Shown here: positions 39,665-49,745 of the stretch, in pieces
Position numbering within the stretch: position 1 is the stretch's first letter
Layout: every line of letters begins with the position of its first letter
From: Spirochaetia bacterium
GTDB taxonomy: Bacteria > Spirochaetota > Spirochaetia > DSM-2461
Direction: 5' to 3'
NCBI GenBank assembly: GCA_963666985.2
Contig: CAXXIA010000001.1
Coordinates: 896,001-960,000, forward strand
DNA: 64,000 nt
The notes under the pieces: generated by a model
What the model was told of the DNA's origin: nothing
Database searches by the model: none
The model's input: only the letters and a program-made list of their open reading frames with translations
Translations under genes and position numbers: made by a program

Positions 39665-40507
39665 TCAAGTTCTTTTGGAGATGGAAAAGGTCAGCCGATC
39701 GATGATGATGGCCAAAAAGACGATACTGATTCCGGCTTCAAAACCGCGTCCCACTTCGATTCTGTTGATGGAAAGCAATACTTCCATTCCCAAACCTTTG
39801 GCTCCGATCATGGATCCGATAACAACCATGGCGAGAGCCATCATCGTGGTTTGATTGATGCCCACCATGATGGAAGGCTTTGCCAAAGGCAATTGTACGT
39901 CCAAGAGAACTTGCTTGCGTTTCGCTCCGAACGCTTTGGCCGCTTCAACGGCTTCCGGATCCACGGTACGGATTCCGACATTCGTAAGTCTGATAACCGG
40001 CGGAACGGCATAAATAATCGTTGCGATAACCGCCGGTACCCGTCCCAGGCCGAAAAACATGAGTGCCGGTATAAGATAGACAAAACTCGGCATCGTCTGC
40101 ATGGCATCAAGAACGGGTTTCAGGATTGATTCCGTCCGATCTCTTTGGGCCATGGCGATTCCGGTGGGAATACCGATGAGAAGCGAAAAAAGAACCGAGG
40201 CGGAGACAAGACTGAGTGTTTTCATCGCCAGTTCCCAATACCCGAAACAGCCGATGAGAAAAAGCATCAGAGCCATAACGATTCCCATGGAAAGACTTTT
40301 CAGCATTTTCCATCCCGCGAAGAAGATTAAAGGGATGAAAAGAAACCAGGGGATAACCGTAAAAATATATTCAAAGCCGAGCATGACTTTGAGAATGATC
40401 CATCCTACGGCGTCAAAGAACCCGTCAAGATGAACCAGCAGCCAGGACATGGCCGCGTCAATCCAATCCCTTAAGGGAATGCGGACGATTTCCGGAAACT
40501 CAATCAT
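39665..40507 (-). CDS. proW: Glycine betaine/proline ABC permease
   Basis: LDAMQTMPSFVYLIP, EAAKAFGA, GINQTTMMAL. Confidence 0.92.
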   Translation of the reverse strand: MIEFPEIVRIPLRDWIDAAMSWLLVHLDGFFDAVGWIILKVMLGFEYIFTVIPWFLFIPLIFFAGWKMLKSLSMGIVMALMLFLIGCFGYWELAMKTLSLVSASVLFSLLIGIPTGIAMAQRDRTESILKPVLDAMQTMPSFVYLIPALMFFGLGRVPAVIATIIYAVPPVIRLTNVGIRTVDPEAVEAAKAFGAKRKQVLLDVQLPLAKPSIMVGINQTTMMALAMVVIGSMIGAKGLGMEVLLSINRIEVGRGFEAGISIVFLAIIIDRLTFSISKRT

Positions 40508-41765
40508 CACCATCACCTCCGTTCGGACTTATGGCCTCAAAAATATCATCGGTTTTCACGATGCCGAGCAGACGGCCCGATTCGGAAACAACGGGAATCG
40601 GATACGGATTGGCCGTAACGATGCTGAAAAGATCTTCCAAAACCGTATCTTCTCCGACGGAGGGTACTTCTTTAACAACCGGGGGCTTCAGCTTGGCTTT
40701 TTCCGGATCTTCAACATCGTTCTGAAATTTCTCAAGTCGTGCTTGGTTGGCAACCCCAAGGAGTCGGTGTTTCTGATCCACCACGAAGGCTCCCTGTCTG
40801 TTATTCTTCTTGAGGATTGTGAGAGCTGTTTTCGGTCCTTCCCAGGAGTAAAGAAGAACTTCCGGGTCAAGCATGATTTTTCCGGCGGTAACGACTTTCG
40901 CCGGCGATGCGTCATGAACGAATTCACGAACATAATCATCGGCGGGCTCGGTGACGATTTCTTCGGGCGTTCCGATTTGGGCAACTTCTCCGTCGTGGAG
41001 AATGGCGATGCGGTCGCCCAGTTTTAAGGCTTCGGATAAATCATGAGTTACAAAAACGATGGTTTTCTGAAGTTTTTCCTGCAGCTCGATGAATTCATCC
41101 TGCATCTGCCTGCGAATAAGCGGGTCCAAACCGCTGAACGGTTCATCCATAAGGAGAATATCGGGATTGTTGGCCAAGGCTCTGGCAAGACCGACTCGCT
41201 GCTGCATTCCTCCGGATAAGCTTCCCGGATAATAATCTTCCCAGCCTTTGAGGCCGACGGTTTCCAGAGCCTGCATGGCTTTGGCGTACTGCTCTCCTTT
41301 CGGAATACGCCTTACTTTAAGTCCGAAAGCGGCGTTATCCAGAACCGTCAGGTGCGGAAGAAGTCCGTAATGCTGAAAAACCATTCCAAAGGTGTCTTTG
41401 CGAAAATCCAGAAGATCATTTTCGGAAAGCTTGGTAATGTTGCGCTCTTTTATGAATATTTTACCCGCGGTCGGATTGATTAGGCGGATGATATTTCGAA
41501 TCAGAGTTGATTTCCCGCTTCCGGAAAGGCCCATGATGATGAAAAATTCACCTTTCTTAACGGAGAAATCGACATTTCTCAGCCCGATGATATTGCCGGT
41601 TTTCTTTTGGATTTCTTCCTTGCTCTGATGCGCGTATTTAGCGGCGGTGATTCTTTTGGGATCCCTGCCGAAGACCTTCCATAGGCCTTCCACGCGAATG
41701 ATTTCTTCCGGAACGGAAGAAGCGGCCGTTGCCGCCTCTTCCGCCGCTTCAGGCGACAGTTCCAT
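40500..41765 (-). CDS. proV: Glycine betaine/proline ABC ATP-binding protein with CBS domains
   Basis: GLSGSGKS, LSGGMQQRVGLARAL, MDEPFSGLDPLIR, C-terminal CBS pair. Confidence 0.93.
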   Translation of the reverse strand: MELSPEAAEEAATAASSVPEEIIRVEGLWKVFGRDPKRITAAKYAHQSKEEIQKKTGNIIGLRNVDFSVKKGEFFIIMGLSGSGKSTLIRNIIRLINPTAGKIFIKERNITKLSENDLLDFRKDTFGMVFQHYGLLPHLTVLDNAAFGLKVRRIPKGEQYAKAMQALETVGLKGWEDYYPGSLSGGMQQRVGLARALANNPDILLMDEPFSGLDPLIRRQMQDEFIELQEKLQKTIVFVTHDLSEALKLGDRIAILHDGEVAQIGTPEEIVTEPADDYVREFVHDASPAKVVTAGKIMLDPEVLLYSWEGPKTALTILKKNNRQGAFVVDQKHRLLGVANQARLEKFQNDVEDPEKAKLKPPVVKEVPSVGEDTVLEDLFSIVTANPYPIPVVSESGRLLGIVKTDDIFEAISPNGGDGDD

Positions 41766-41773
41766 GTGCCGTC

Positions 41774-42724
41774 CTAAAGAGCAGCCAAGGCGTCTTTAAC
41801 CCTGGCGGCCGTATCGGCATCAACCCAACGGGTCCAGACATCTTCCCTGTTGTTCAAAAACCAGACGGCGATCTCTTCCGCGTCCCATTCCTCCGCTTCC
41901 ATTTTTGCGAGGAACTCATTGTTCATATCGACATCGGTGGAATACGCCTTCAGGAATTCCACGACATCCGGCGCCTTTTCGGGCATATCTTTATTAACAA
42001 GAATATTAACGTCCGCCGGATCGAATTCGCTTCCTTTAAGAGCGACCATGTCCAAACGCCCAAGAATGGCGGTAGGAGCCCAATAGTAACCGACCCATCC
42101 TTCCTTTTTTTCATATGCGGCAACCATCGTGGCGGCCAGAGCGGCACCGGAACCGGCTACGCTGAGGTTGAATTGATCGTCCAATCCGAATTTATTGAAG
42201 ATTTCTTCACTGATTTCCAACTGCTGCCAGCCGGCAACCCCGCCATAAACAACGCCCTTTTTGGAATCTTCCGGATCAGGAAAGAGTTCGGCATACTTTT
42301 TCAGGTCTTCCACCGACTTTAAATCCGGAGCCGCCGCGCCGTTTCCTTCAACCATATACCGCGGAACCCACCACGCCTGCGGACCGTCGGGCAAGTTTTT
42401 TCCAAGGTCGATGATATCACCGAAATCAATGCCTTTTTGATAAGCCTCACGATAATTGGAATGCCAGGATTCCATATCGATATCGATATCGCCCTGAATA
42501 AGGCCGTTGATGGTAACAAGCGTATCGGCGGCCGTAAACTCCGCCTTATATCCTCCGAGACCGTTCTCAATGATAAAGGCCGCGATTCTGTTATGAACCT
42601 GGACGCTGTTCCAGGATAAATCTCCAAAAACCAGAGTGGTTTCTTGTTCTTCCGTACCGCCGCCGAAGGCGGCAAATGACATGGTCATAATAAGGACCAT
42701 GGAAACCAACGAGAGTTTCTTCAT
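41774..42724 (-). CDS. proX: Glycine betaine ABC substrate-binding protein
   Basis: LSWNS, MESW, WWVPRY, GVAGW, YYWAPT aromatic-box pattern; SD GGAG. Confidence 0.85.
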   Translation of the reverse strand: MKKLSLVSMVLIMTMSFAAFGGGTEEQETTLVFGDLSWNSVQVHNRIAAFIIENGLGGYKAEFTAADTLVTINGLIQGDIDIDMESWHSNYREAYQKGIDFGDIIDLGKNLPDGPQAWWVPRYMVEGNGAAAPDLKSVEDLKKYAELFPDPEDSKKGVVYGGVAGWQQLEISEEIFNKFGLDDQFNLSVAGSGAALAATMVAAYEKKEGWVGYYWAPTAILGRLDMVALKGSEFDPADVNILVNKDMPEKAPDVVEFLKAYSTDVDMNNEFLAKMEAEEWDAEEIAVWFLNNREDVWTRWVDADTAARVKDALAAL

Positions 42725-42750
42725 TTTCATCTCCAATATAAATGTAATTA

Positions 42751-42787
42751 TATTTAGTACACTATAGAATGAGGATGGGAGGGTCAA
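42751..42787 (-). promoter_or_regulatory. proXVW promoter with EctR-like pseudo-palindromic operator
   Basis: TTGACC-17-TAGTGT on the minus strand; TATTTAGT-AC-ACTATAGA (42751-42768) covers the -10. Confidence 0.6.
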
Positions 42788-42969
42788 GCGCCGCACCTCG
42801 GATAATAAGTTTCCCATTAAGAAATAAAATGATTACAATCAAAGAACGGGAAATTGTATGCCGGTTTAAATATATTGAATACTATTGTTTAATCGCGGCC
42901 TCATCGGTCTCTTGCCAATCCCCCCGACTCCGAGAACAATGTATTTCGGGCGGCAAGAGAGAACAGCGA

Positions 42970-43476
42970 ATGATAAATGACAGTGATATGCTTTTGGTAA
43001 CTCTGCGCCGGATAATCAGGGCCATCGATCTGCATTCGAAAAGCCTTACGAAGAAATACGGATTAACCGGCCCGCAGCTCCTTATTCTTAAGGAACTTTA
43101 CAAAAATGACGATTTAACAATCGGACGAACGGCTCGGAACGTTAATCTCAGTCAGGCGACAGTAACGACCATTCTCGATCGTCTTGAAAAACTCGGCTAT
43201 GTCCAAAGAATTCGGAACTCTTTCGATAAAAGAAAAGTAAATCTCATCTTATCTGAAAAGGCGACGAGGATTCTCGACGGGAATCCCAGCCTGCTCCAGG
43301 AAGATTTCATCAATCGATTCGAGGAACTGGAAGATTGGGAAAAGACGCTGCTGCTCTCTTCGCTCCAGCGCATCGCGTCGATGATGAATGCCGGTGATAT
43401 CATTTCTCCGCCTGTTTTGGTCAGCGGCCCTCTGGCCGCGACGGAAAAAGAAGTCGACGATTTTCTCGACGATTGA
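42970..43476 (+). CDS. MarR-family regulator, EctR/CosR-like
   Basis: LRRIIRAIDLHSK.L.K.YGLTGPQL, NLSQATVT.ILDRLE, DKR, LQRIASMMNA. Confidence 0.88.
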   Translation: MINDSDMLLVTLRRIIRAIDLHSKSLTKKYGLTGPQLLILKELYKNDDLTIGRTARNVNLSQATVTTILDRLEKLGYVQRIRNSFDKRKVNLILSEKATRILDGNPSLLQEDFINRFEELEDWEKTLLLSSLQRIASMMNAGDIISPPVLVSGPLAATEKEVDDFLDD

Positions 43477-43621
43477 AACCTCTGCGGTGAAAATAGACCT
43501 TTTCGAACGAAAAACCGGCAAGATGTTTTCGGAGATTTCTCGGTGATAATTCGTTTCGGCGCTGCAACGGCGCTGTGAAGCCCGCGCGAAAACGCATCGG
43601 CGCGGGCTTAAGCGTACGAAG

Positions 43622-43653
43622 AAAAACCGCACCTTATTCGGATGCGGTTTTTT
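43622..43653. terminator. Bidirectional terminator between marR and leuD
   Basis: AAAAACCGCA-loop-TGCGGTTTTTT. Confidence 0.7.
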
Positions 43654-43678
43654 AGACGAGTCGATTTATAGAAACCTA

Positions 43679-44272
43679 TCAGACATACGGAAGGGAGCGC
43701 GCGACCCTTTCAACGGCATCCATACGCGATGCGAGAACGCCCGTGGAATCCCAGCTCCCGTCCAGGAGCGCCTGCCTGTAGGATTCGGGCATGGAAGCAT
43801 TCCAACTCTTATCGGAGGTCGATACGGTCATCGATTCCAAATCAATACGAATCGCTGTATCGGGAGCCGATTCAATCAAAGCCTGGAGTTCCATGGCATC
43901 CTTGTGATGGAGAATTACGGCAGGAATCCCCAGTGAAGAGCAGTTGCCCGCAAAGATTTCGGCGAAGGATTCCGCGATAACAGCCTTGATTCCGTAATCC
44001 TTCAGAGCCTGCGGAGCATGTTCTCTGGAAGATCCGCATCCGAAATTGGCATTGCCGACGAGAACGGGATGGCCGGACCATCGAGAATCATCGAAGGGAT
44101 GATTTTTTTTATGTCCTTCTTCATCCACCCTCTCATCGTTGAAAGCGAATTCTCCCAAGCCTGCGAACGTGACGCATTTCATGAAACGCGCGGGAATAAT
44201 TCGATCGGTATCGATGTCATTGCCGCGTACGGCGATTCCCATTCCCTCGAAGTTCTTAATCACTTGACTCAT
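43679..44272 (-). CDS. leuD: 3-isopropylmalate dehydratase small subunit
   Basis: [33 protein letters not shown]. Confidence 0.95.
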   Translation of the reverse strand: MSQVIKNFEGMGIAVRGNDIDTDRIIPARFMKCVTFAGLGEFAFNDERVDEEGHKKNHPFDDSRWSGHPVLVGNANFGCGSSREHAPQALKDYGIKAVIAESFAEIFAGNCSSLGIPAVILHHKDAMELQALIESAPDTAIRIDLESMTVSTSDKSWNASMPESYRQALLDGSWDSTGVLASRMDAVERVARSLPYV

Positions 44273-45672
44273 CGAATACCCCCATTATTCCTGATATCGA
44301 CGATTTTACCCGCGATGGCCGCCGCCGCCGCCATTTTGGGACTGACAAGAAGTGTTCTGCCCGTGGGAGAGCCCTGTCTGCCGATGAAGTTTCTGTTGGA
44401 TGTGCTCGCCGAGAGCTGACGCCCCTGCAGTTTGTCCGGATTCATGGCCAGACACATGGAGCAGCCGGCTTTTCTCCATTGGAATCCGGCCTGTGTAAAG
44501 ATTTTATCCAAACCTTCCGCTTCGGCGGCTTTCGCCACTTCCTGACTTCCGGGAACAACCAAAGCAACAACTCCGGCAGCCACGCTGTGTCCTTTCGCCG
44601 TTTCCGCGGCTTCCCGAAGATCCGTTAATCTGCCGTTGGTGCAGGAACCGATAAACACGACATCGATCTTCTTTCCGAGCATCGTTTCACCGGGTTTAAA
44701 TCCCATATATTCATAGGCGCGGGCCGCGGTTTCCCGTTCATCTTCCGGCAGAGATTCGGTTTCCGGGAGAACCCCGTCTACCGAAACGACTTGTCCGGGA
44801 TTGATTCCCCATGTCACCATGGGTGAAAGTTTCGAGGCGTCCATGACGTATTCATCATCGTAGGCTGCATCCGCGTCGGATTTCATTTCTTCACCGAAGG
44901 CGATCATGGATTCATAATCTTTGACATAAGGGCGGCCTTTCAGCCATTCATAGGTTACCTTATCCGGATTTACGTACCCAACCCTGGCGCCGCCTTCGAT
45001 ACTCATATTGCAGAGAGTCATGCGTTCTTCCATGCTCAACGACTCAACGGCCTCTCCGCCGTATTCATAGGCATAGCCGAGACCGCCGTTAACTCCGAGT
45101 TCACCGATGATGGCCAGAATCAAATCTTTTGCGCCGACACCTTCGGGAAGACGTCCGTTGACGGTAATCCTGCGGACTTTCGGTTTGGCGATGGCCATGG
45201 TCTGAGTGGCCAGGATATCCCGTACCTGACTTGTTCCGACACCGAACGCGATTGCGCCGAAGGCGCCGTGCGTGGCCGTATGCGAATCGCCGCAGGCAAT
45301 GGTCATGCCGGGCTGCGTGAGCCCCTGCTCCGGTCCGACGACATGAACGACTCCCTGTTTCCCGCTTTCTATTCCGAAAAACGTAATTCCGTATTCCGAA
45401 GTATTCTCTTCAAGCGCCTGAAGCATTTTTTCGGCAAGAGGATCGGCAAAGGGACGGGATCGATCATCCGTTGGGATGATGTGATCCGAAGTGGCGTAGG
45501 TTCTCAAAGGATACTTGACTCCCAGTTTCCGTTCCTTCAGCATCCCAAAAGCCTGGGGAGAGGTGACTTCATGAATAAGATGCAGGCCGATAAAAAGCTG
45601 ATCCTGCCCCGAGGGGAGCGTTCCAACCTTATGGCGCTCCCAGACCTTTTCCAATAAATTCTTTCCTGCCAT
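44269..45672 (-). CDS. leuC: 3-isopropylmalate dehydratase large subunit
   Basis: [48 protein letters not shown]. Confidence 0.96.
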   Translation of the reverse strand: MAGKNLLEKVWERHKVGTLPSGQDQLFIGLHLIHEVTSPQAFGMLKERKLGVKYPLRTYATSDHIIPTDDRSRPFADPLAEKMLQALEENTSEYGITFFGIESGKQGVVHVVGPEQGLTQPGMTIACGDSHTATHGAFGAIAFGVGTSQVRDILATQTMAIAKPKVRRITVNGRLPEGVGAKDLILAIIGELGVNGGLGYAYEYGGEAVESLSMEERMTLCNMSIEGGARVGYVNPDKVTYEWLKGRPYVKDYESMIAFGEEMKSDADAAYDDEYVMDASKLSPMVTWGINPGQVVSVDGVLPETESLPEDERETAARAYEYMGFKPGETMLGKKIDVVFIGSCTNGRLTDLREAAETAKGHSVAAGVVALVVPGSQEVAKAAEAEGLDKIFTQAGFQWRKAGCSMCLAMNPDKLQGRQLSASTSNRNFIGRQGSPTGRTLLVSPKMAAAAAIAGKIVDIRNNGGIR

Positions 45673-45794
45673 AAAAACCTCCCGGACGGCGAGTGGTGAA
45701 CCCATTACGATCGTCGATGTCGCCGATGGCTTAGATTTGTATTTTATAATCGACAATGCTGTAAAAAATGACTTTTTCTGACTTCTATTTATCC

Positions 45795-45800
45795 TATACT
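45795..45800 (+). promoter_or_regulatory. -10 box before the AraC-family gene (leaderless)
   Basis: TATACT-7 nt-ATG; no SD. Confidence 0.45.
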
Positions 45801-45807
45801 AACAAAC

Positions 45808-46743
45808 ATGGCGCAATCGGAATATATAAGGCCTTATTCGGCACCTTCCCGCTCTTATTTTCTATCCATACCCTATGATTCGGGTTCCGCGGTTCTGACC
45901 TTTCTGCATGCGGGACGTTCCTCTTGGCCGCGCGATGATGCGGGACCGGCCGTATCAACCGAAAGAGGACACAGCCATTCGGTTTACCATGCCGTTCTTT
46001 ATACATCGGGCCATAATATTATGATTCATGAAGGCGGGAAACATCCCTGCAGACGGGGAACTTTGGTTCTTACCGATCCGGGATGTGTTCATGAATATCG
46101 CCCGCAAACGGCCGGAGGTGCGTCATTTATCGAAATAACGTTCAACTTGCGCTGCGGCAATGTCTCGGTCACTCCGCCGTGGAAGCATCTTTTGTCGTAT
46201 TGGCTGGGGATAAACGAAGTAAAAGCGAGCTGGCCCGTAAATATTCCTCCGCCCGACTTGGAACGCCTGGAAGGATTGATGAACGCCATCGTATCTTCTC
46301 TCAATGACGATACGGGATTATCGGAAGCCGCCTCCGCGCTGGCCATGGGTGAATTCATCCTTAATCTGGGAGATTATTTTACTCGCGACGGTATTTCGGA
46401 CGCCCCGGCAAAACTGGATGGAATTGAAAAGGCGAAGCGATACCTTGAAAAGAATTTTTCAGATTCCGTTTCCATCTCGGATTTGGCCCGGATAGCCTGC
46501 TTAAGCGAAGGCGCTTTTATCCGCTCTTTTTCCACTCGTTTCGGGTTTTCTCCCATGGTATACCGAAAAAGACTGCGTATTACGGCGGCGAAACATCTTC
46601 TGGCGGTTTCCGGACGTTCCATAGGAGAAATCGCATCGAATGTCGGGTACGGCGATATCTATGTCTTTTCCCGAACATTCAAAACGGAAGTCGGAAAAAC
46701 GGCTTCTCAATGGAGAAAAGATAAGAATAAAGAAGATTCTTAG
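45808..46743 (+). CDS. AraC-family transcriptional regulator
   Basis: Cupin HSH..H; C-terminal double HTH (LARIACLS, IGEIASNVGY.D..FSRTFK..G). Confidence 0.92.
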   Translation: MAQSEYIRPYSAPSRSYFLSIPYDSGSAVLTFLHAGRSSWPRDDAGPAVSTERGHSHSVYHAVLYTSGHNIMIHEGGKHPCRRGTLVLTDPGCVHEYRPQTAGGASFIEITFNLRCGNVSVTPPWKHLLSYWLGINEVKASWPVNIPPPDLERLEGLMNAIVSSLNDDTGLSEAASALAMGEFILNLGDYFTRDGISDAPAKLDGIEKAKRYLEKNFSDSVSISDLARIACLSEGAFIRSFSTRFGFSPMVYRKRLRITAAKHLLAVSGRSIGEIASNVGYGDIYVFSRTFKTEVGKTASQWRKDKNKEDS

Positions 46744-46821
46744 GCCGAATGTCGGGTGTTCTTCTTGAGGCTCTTTTATAAAGAATATTTTCGTCCGGCC
46801 GGCGCGCCGCCCGATGTATGA

Positions 46822-47601
46822 TTATTCTTTCCAGGGAAAAATCATGCCCTTGAGAGTCCTTTTGCCGATCCGGTCTTTCTCGTCGATCAGCAGTTCCGCC
46901 CAGGGGACTTCATTTCTTTTGGCTTCGGGATGTTCTTCCAGCCAGTCGTACTTGAACATGAGAAGACGCAGAACAACATCCAGATATAAAAGAATCCCGG
47001 CAGGGCCGAATCCGCCGAATGCGGTAAATGTCCAAAGAACCAATTGAACGGGAATCATAATGAATCCGGTAAATAAGGAAATACCGATATTATCGAGCAT
47101 GATGAGCATGCTCTTCTTAAGACTTTTCACGATGCCGCCGGTAAGGCGATTTCGTACCGGGAAATACCAAATGGCCGTGAGGTATGCGGCCACGGCCAGC
47201 CAGAAGAGAACCGCCGTCGCCGCCAAACCGATCATGTTCTTTAAGCTTGAGTAATACAGGATGCCGAATCCGGATATCGCAAAAAAAACGGCTGCTACAA
47301 GACAGAGAAAGAGCGATGCCGCCCATGTTGATTTAAACAGTTTCGGAATATCGGACCAAGCCGGTCTTCGAAAATCCGCAATAGAAGAAAGCAGAGAAGA
47401 AACGACTCCGGCAATGATAAAAACAAGGGGAATCACAAAGAAGAGAAACACCCATCCCCAGGAATTTTCGGCTTCGAAGAGTTTGAACATCGGCCAAAAA
47501 CCTGCGGCCAGCAGAAGCATTATGGTGATGTTTCCAAGGAGTACGGCACCCAGATTGTCCCAAGCATCAAAAAAAGACTTCTTAATCGCCAGAAAAAACA
47601 T
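46822..47601 (-). CDS. Integral membrane protein of unknown function (DUF624-like, tentative)
   Basis: About 5-6 TM segments, KKSFFDAWDNL; SD GGAG. Confidence 0.6.
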   Translation of the reverse strand: MFFLAIKKSFFDAWDNLGAVLLGNITIMLLLAAGFWPMFKLFEAENSWGWVFLFFVIPLVFIIAGVVSSLLSSIADFRRPAWSDIPKLFKSTWAASLFLCLVAAVFFAISGFGILYYSSLKNMIGLAATAVLFWLAVAAYLTAIWYFPVRNRLTGGIVKSLKKSMLIMLDNIGISLFTGFIMIPVQLVLWTFTAFGGFGPAGILLYLDVVLRLLMFKYDWLEEHPEAKRNEVPWAELLIDEKDRIGKRTLKGMIFPWKE

Positions 47602-47628
47602 AATCAGCTCCGAAATCCCGTTTGGATT

Positions 47629-48357
47629 TTAAATCTCACGAATCTTGCCCATACGATGCCAGTGTGAGGCCAGATAGACAAGGGGGGTATCGGCGGCCGC
47701 AACGATCCATTTCAGAACGTACGTGGAGGCCGCGATTTCCCAGAAATCGCGGCCGGGAACACTGCCGGCAAAGGCAATCGTAACGAAAATGAGCGTATCG
47801 ATTGCCTGACTGACCATGGTCGAAGCATTGTTGCGAAGCCATATCCAGCGGCCGTCCGGCCGTCGTTCTTTAAGCCGATCGTAAGCCCAAACGTCGTGAA
47901 CCTGACTGAAACCGTACGCCAGAAAACTCGCCAAGGCGATTCTCGGAAGAAGCGCATAGAGCGTTTCCATGCTCTCTTGAGCGAAATCGATCGGCGCCGG
48001 CTTGAACCACAGAGACACATTCATAAGAACCGTGAGTGAAATAAGTGATATAAAGCCGATTCCCACGGCCTTATGCGCATCTTTCTTACCGTGATTTTCC
48101 GAAAGGATATCCGTCGCCAGAAAACTCGTCGCATAGACGATATTCCCCAGTGATGAGGTTAATCCGAAAAGATGGACCGTCTTAATCACCTGGATGTTGG
48201 CGATGATGACGGCTATGGGAACCCATGCGAAAAGCCCGATGCGTCCGAACACACGATAGGAAATCAGAATAAAGAAGAAATTCAAAACAAGCATCAACAG
48301 CCAAAGAATTTCGTTGCCGGCCGGGATTTCCGCAAAAAAAGAAACGAAGCCGTTCAC
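47629..48357 (-). CDS. Queuosine precursor transporter (YhhQ/VUT family)
   Basis: IANIQVIK, GNIVYATSFLATDILSE.HG, RIALAS, LRNNASTMVSQAIDT, DTPLVY. Confidence 0.9.
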   Translation of the reverse strand: MNGFVSFFAEIPAGNEILWLLMLVLNFFFILISYRVFGRIGLFAWVPIAVIIANIQVIKTVHLFGLTSSLGNIVYATSFLATDILSENHGKKDAHKAVGIGFISLISLTVLMNVSLWFKPAPIDFAQESMETLYALLPRIALASFLAYGFSQVHDVWAYDRLKERRPDGRWIWLRNNASTMVSQAIDTLIFVTIAFAGSVPGRDFWEIAASTYVLKWIVAAADTPLVYLASHWHRMGKIREI

Positions 48358-48746
48358 AATGTTCCTTCTCGAATCTCCAGGCTGCCGCTCCAGCGGCTCA
48401 CGGTATTGCCGGAAAAAGAACGAATACGCACAAAAACGATTTCTTTTTCTTTCAAAATAAGTTCAAGTTCCGTTCCGCTGAGGGTCCAGGATTTCTCCGT
48501 ACTTTGAAAATCTTCGGTTTTCGACGATTGGATTTCGTACCCGTCGGCGTCGGCAACCGGTGCCCATGATATCAAAACACGTCCGAGCGGGCGTGCGACG
48601 GGCTTTTCGAAACGGGGACGGGAAAGGATGCCTTCCATTTCCTCATTCGAGGAAACGTTTGAATCCGTTTTGACTCCCGAGGCGCATGAGGCGGCCGCGA
48701 GAGTCAAAACGAAAAAGAGTGCTGTGTAAAACGTAGGTCGTATCAT
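48354..48746 (-). CDS. Small lipoprotein with FN3-like domain
   Basis: Lipobox AASC; ISWAPV.DADGYEIQ.S...VRIRS...SRWS. Confidence 0.7.
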   Translation of the reverse strand: MIRPTFYTALFFVLTLAAASCASGVKTDSNVSSNEEMEGILSRPRFEKPVARPLGRVLISWAPVADADGYEIQSSKTEDFQSTEKSWTLSGTELELILKEKEIVFVRIRSFSGNTVSRWSGSLEIREGTL

Positions 48747-48755
48747 CTTCGGCGC

Positions 48756-48784
48756 ATCATATCGATAAGGCTGACGACTGTCGA
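48756..48784 (-). promoter_or_regulatory. Promoter of the lipoprotein-yhhQ operon (near-leaderless)
   Basis: TCGACA-17-TATGAT-9 nt-ATG. Confidence 0.5.
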
Positions 48785-48796
48785 GCGTTACCGCGG

Positions 48797-49744
48797 TTAT
48801 CTTGAGCCTTGATCAAACGGTTCTCCGGAAGCCCGCGGAGCTTGAGAAGACTTCGAGAATGCTATAAGAGCCAGCAGCGTCACGACATACGGGAAGGCTT
48901 TGAGAATAAGTCCGGGAATCGTGGAAAGTGCCGGTACAACCTGTGAAACATTGGCCAGGGTGCTGGCGAATCCGAAGAAAAACGTTGCGCCCAGAATGCC
49001 GAGGGGCTTCCATTGTCCGAAGATAAGGGCTGCCAGCGCGAGAAATCCAAGACCCGCCACGGATCCGTTGAATTCCCCCGAATACGTTACCAGGATTATG
49101 GCTCCGCCCAAACCGGCGAACGCGCCGGACATCAGAACGGCCACGTAGCGAATCAGACGGACGTTCACACCGGCGGCATCGGCCGCATGGGGATGTTCGC
49201 CGCAGGCCCGAAGACGAAGGCCGAAGGGTGTTTTGTAAATGAGATACCAGCTTCCCAAGAGAATCAAAAGCACCAGCCATGTCGTCATGTAAGTCTGGGT
49301 GAAAAAAAGGTTTCCGATAACGGGGATTTTCGACAAAACCGGCATATTGAATCGCCTGAGCCCGCTGATAATGTTGATGTTGCCGCTTCCGGTGATATAG
49401 CGGGCGAAATAAACCGTCAGGGCGCCGGCGATCATGTTGATGGCCGTACCGCTGATGACTTGATTGGCATTCAGATTAATGCTGGCGAAAGCGTGCAGCA
49501 AGGAAAAAAGCGCACCGGCGATCATTCCGGCCAGGACTCCCATCCAAACCGCCGCGTCGCCCATGGACGGATAGAGTTTGGATACCGTCAGGGCGCTGGC
49601 GAACGACCCGATGATCATCAGGCCCTCCAGACCGATGTTCACAACGCCGGAACGCTCGCAAACAAGTCCTCCCAGTGACGTGATAAGAAGAGGAATCGTA
49701 TAGGTAATGGCATAAGGGAAGATGAAAACAATGATGTCCCACAT
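48797..49744 (-). CDS. Nucleoside ABC permease (NupC-like)
   Basis: ERSGVVNIGLEG, GLRLRACGEHP.AA, GFLALAALIFG.W. Confidence 0.9.
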   Translation of the reverse strand: MWDIIVFIFPYAITYTIPLLITSLGGLVCERSGVVNIGLEGLMIIGSFASALTVSKLYPSMGDAAVWMGVLAGMIAGALFSLLHAFASINLNANQVISGTAINMIAGALTVYFARYITGSGNINIISGLRRFNMPVLSKIPVIGNLFFTQTYMTTWLVLLILLGSWYLIYKTPFGLRLRACGEHPHAADAAGVNVRLIRYVAVLMSGAFAGLGGAIILVTYSGEFNGSVAGLGFLALAALIFGQWKPLGILGATFFFGFASTLANVSQVVPALSTIPGLILKAFPYVVTLLALIAFSKSSQAPRASGEPFDQGSR

Positions 49745-49745
49745 A

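Noticed and set aside
48358..48796. preQ1 riboswitch upstream of yhhQ
   Set aside because: No recognisable preQ1 motif; the region is coding or promoter sequence
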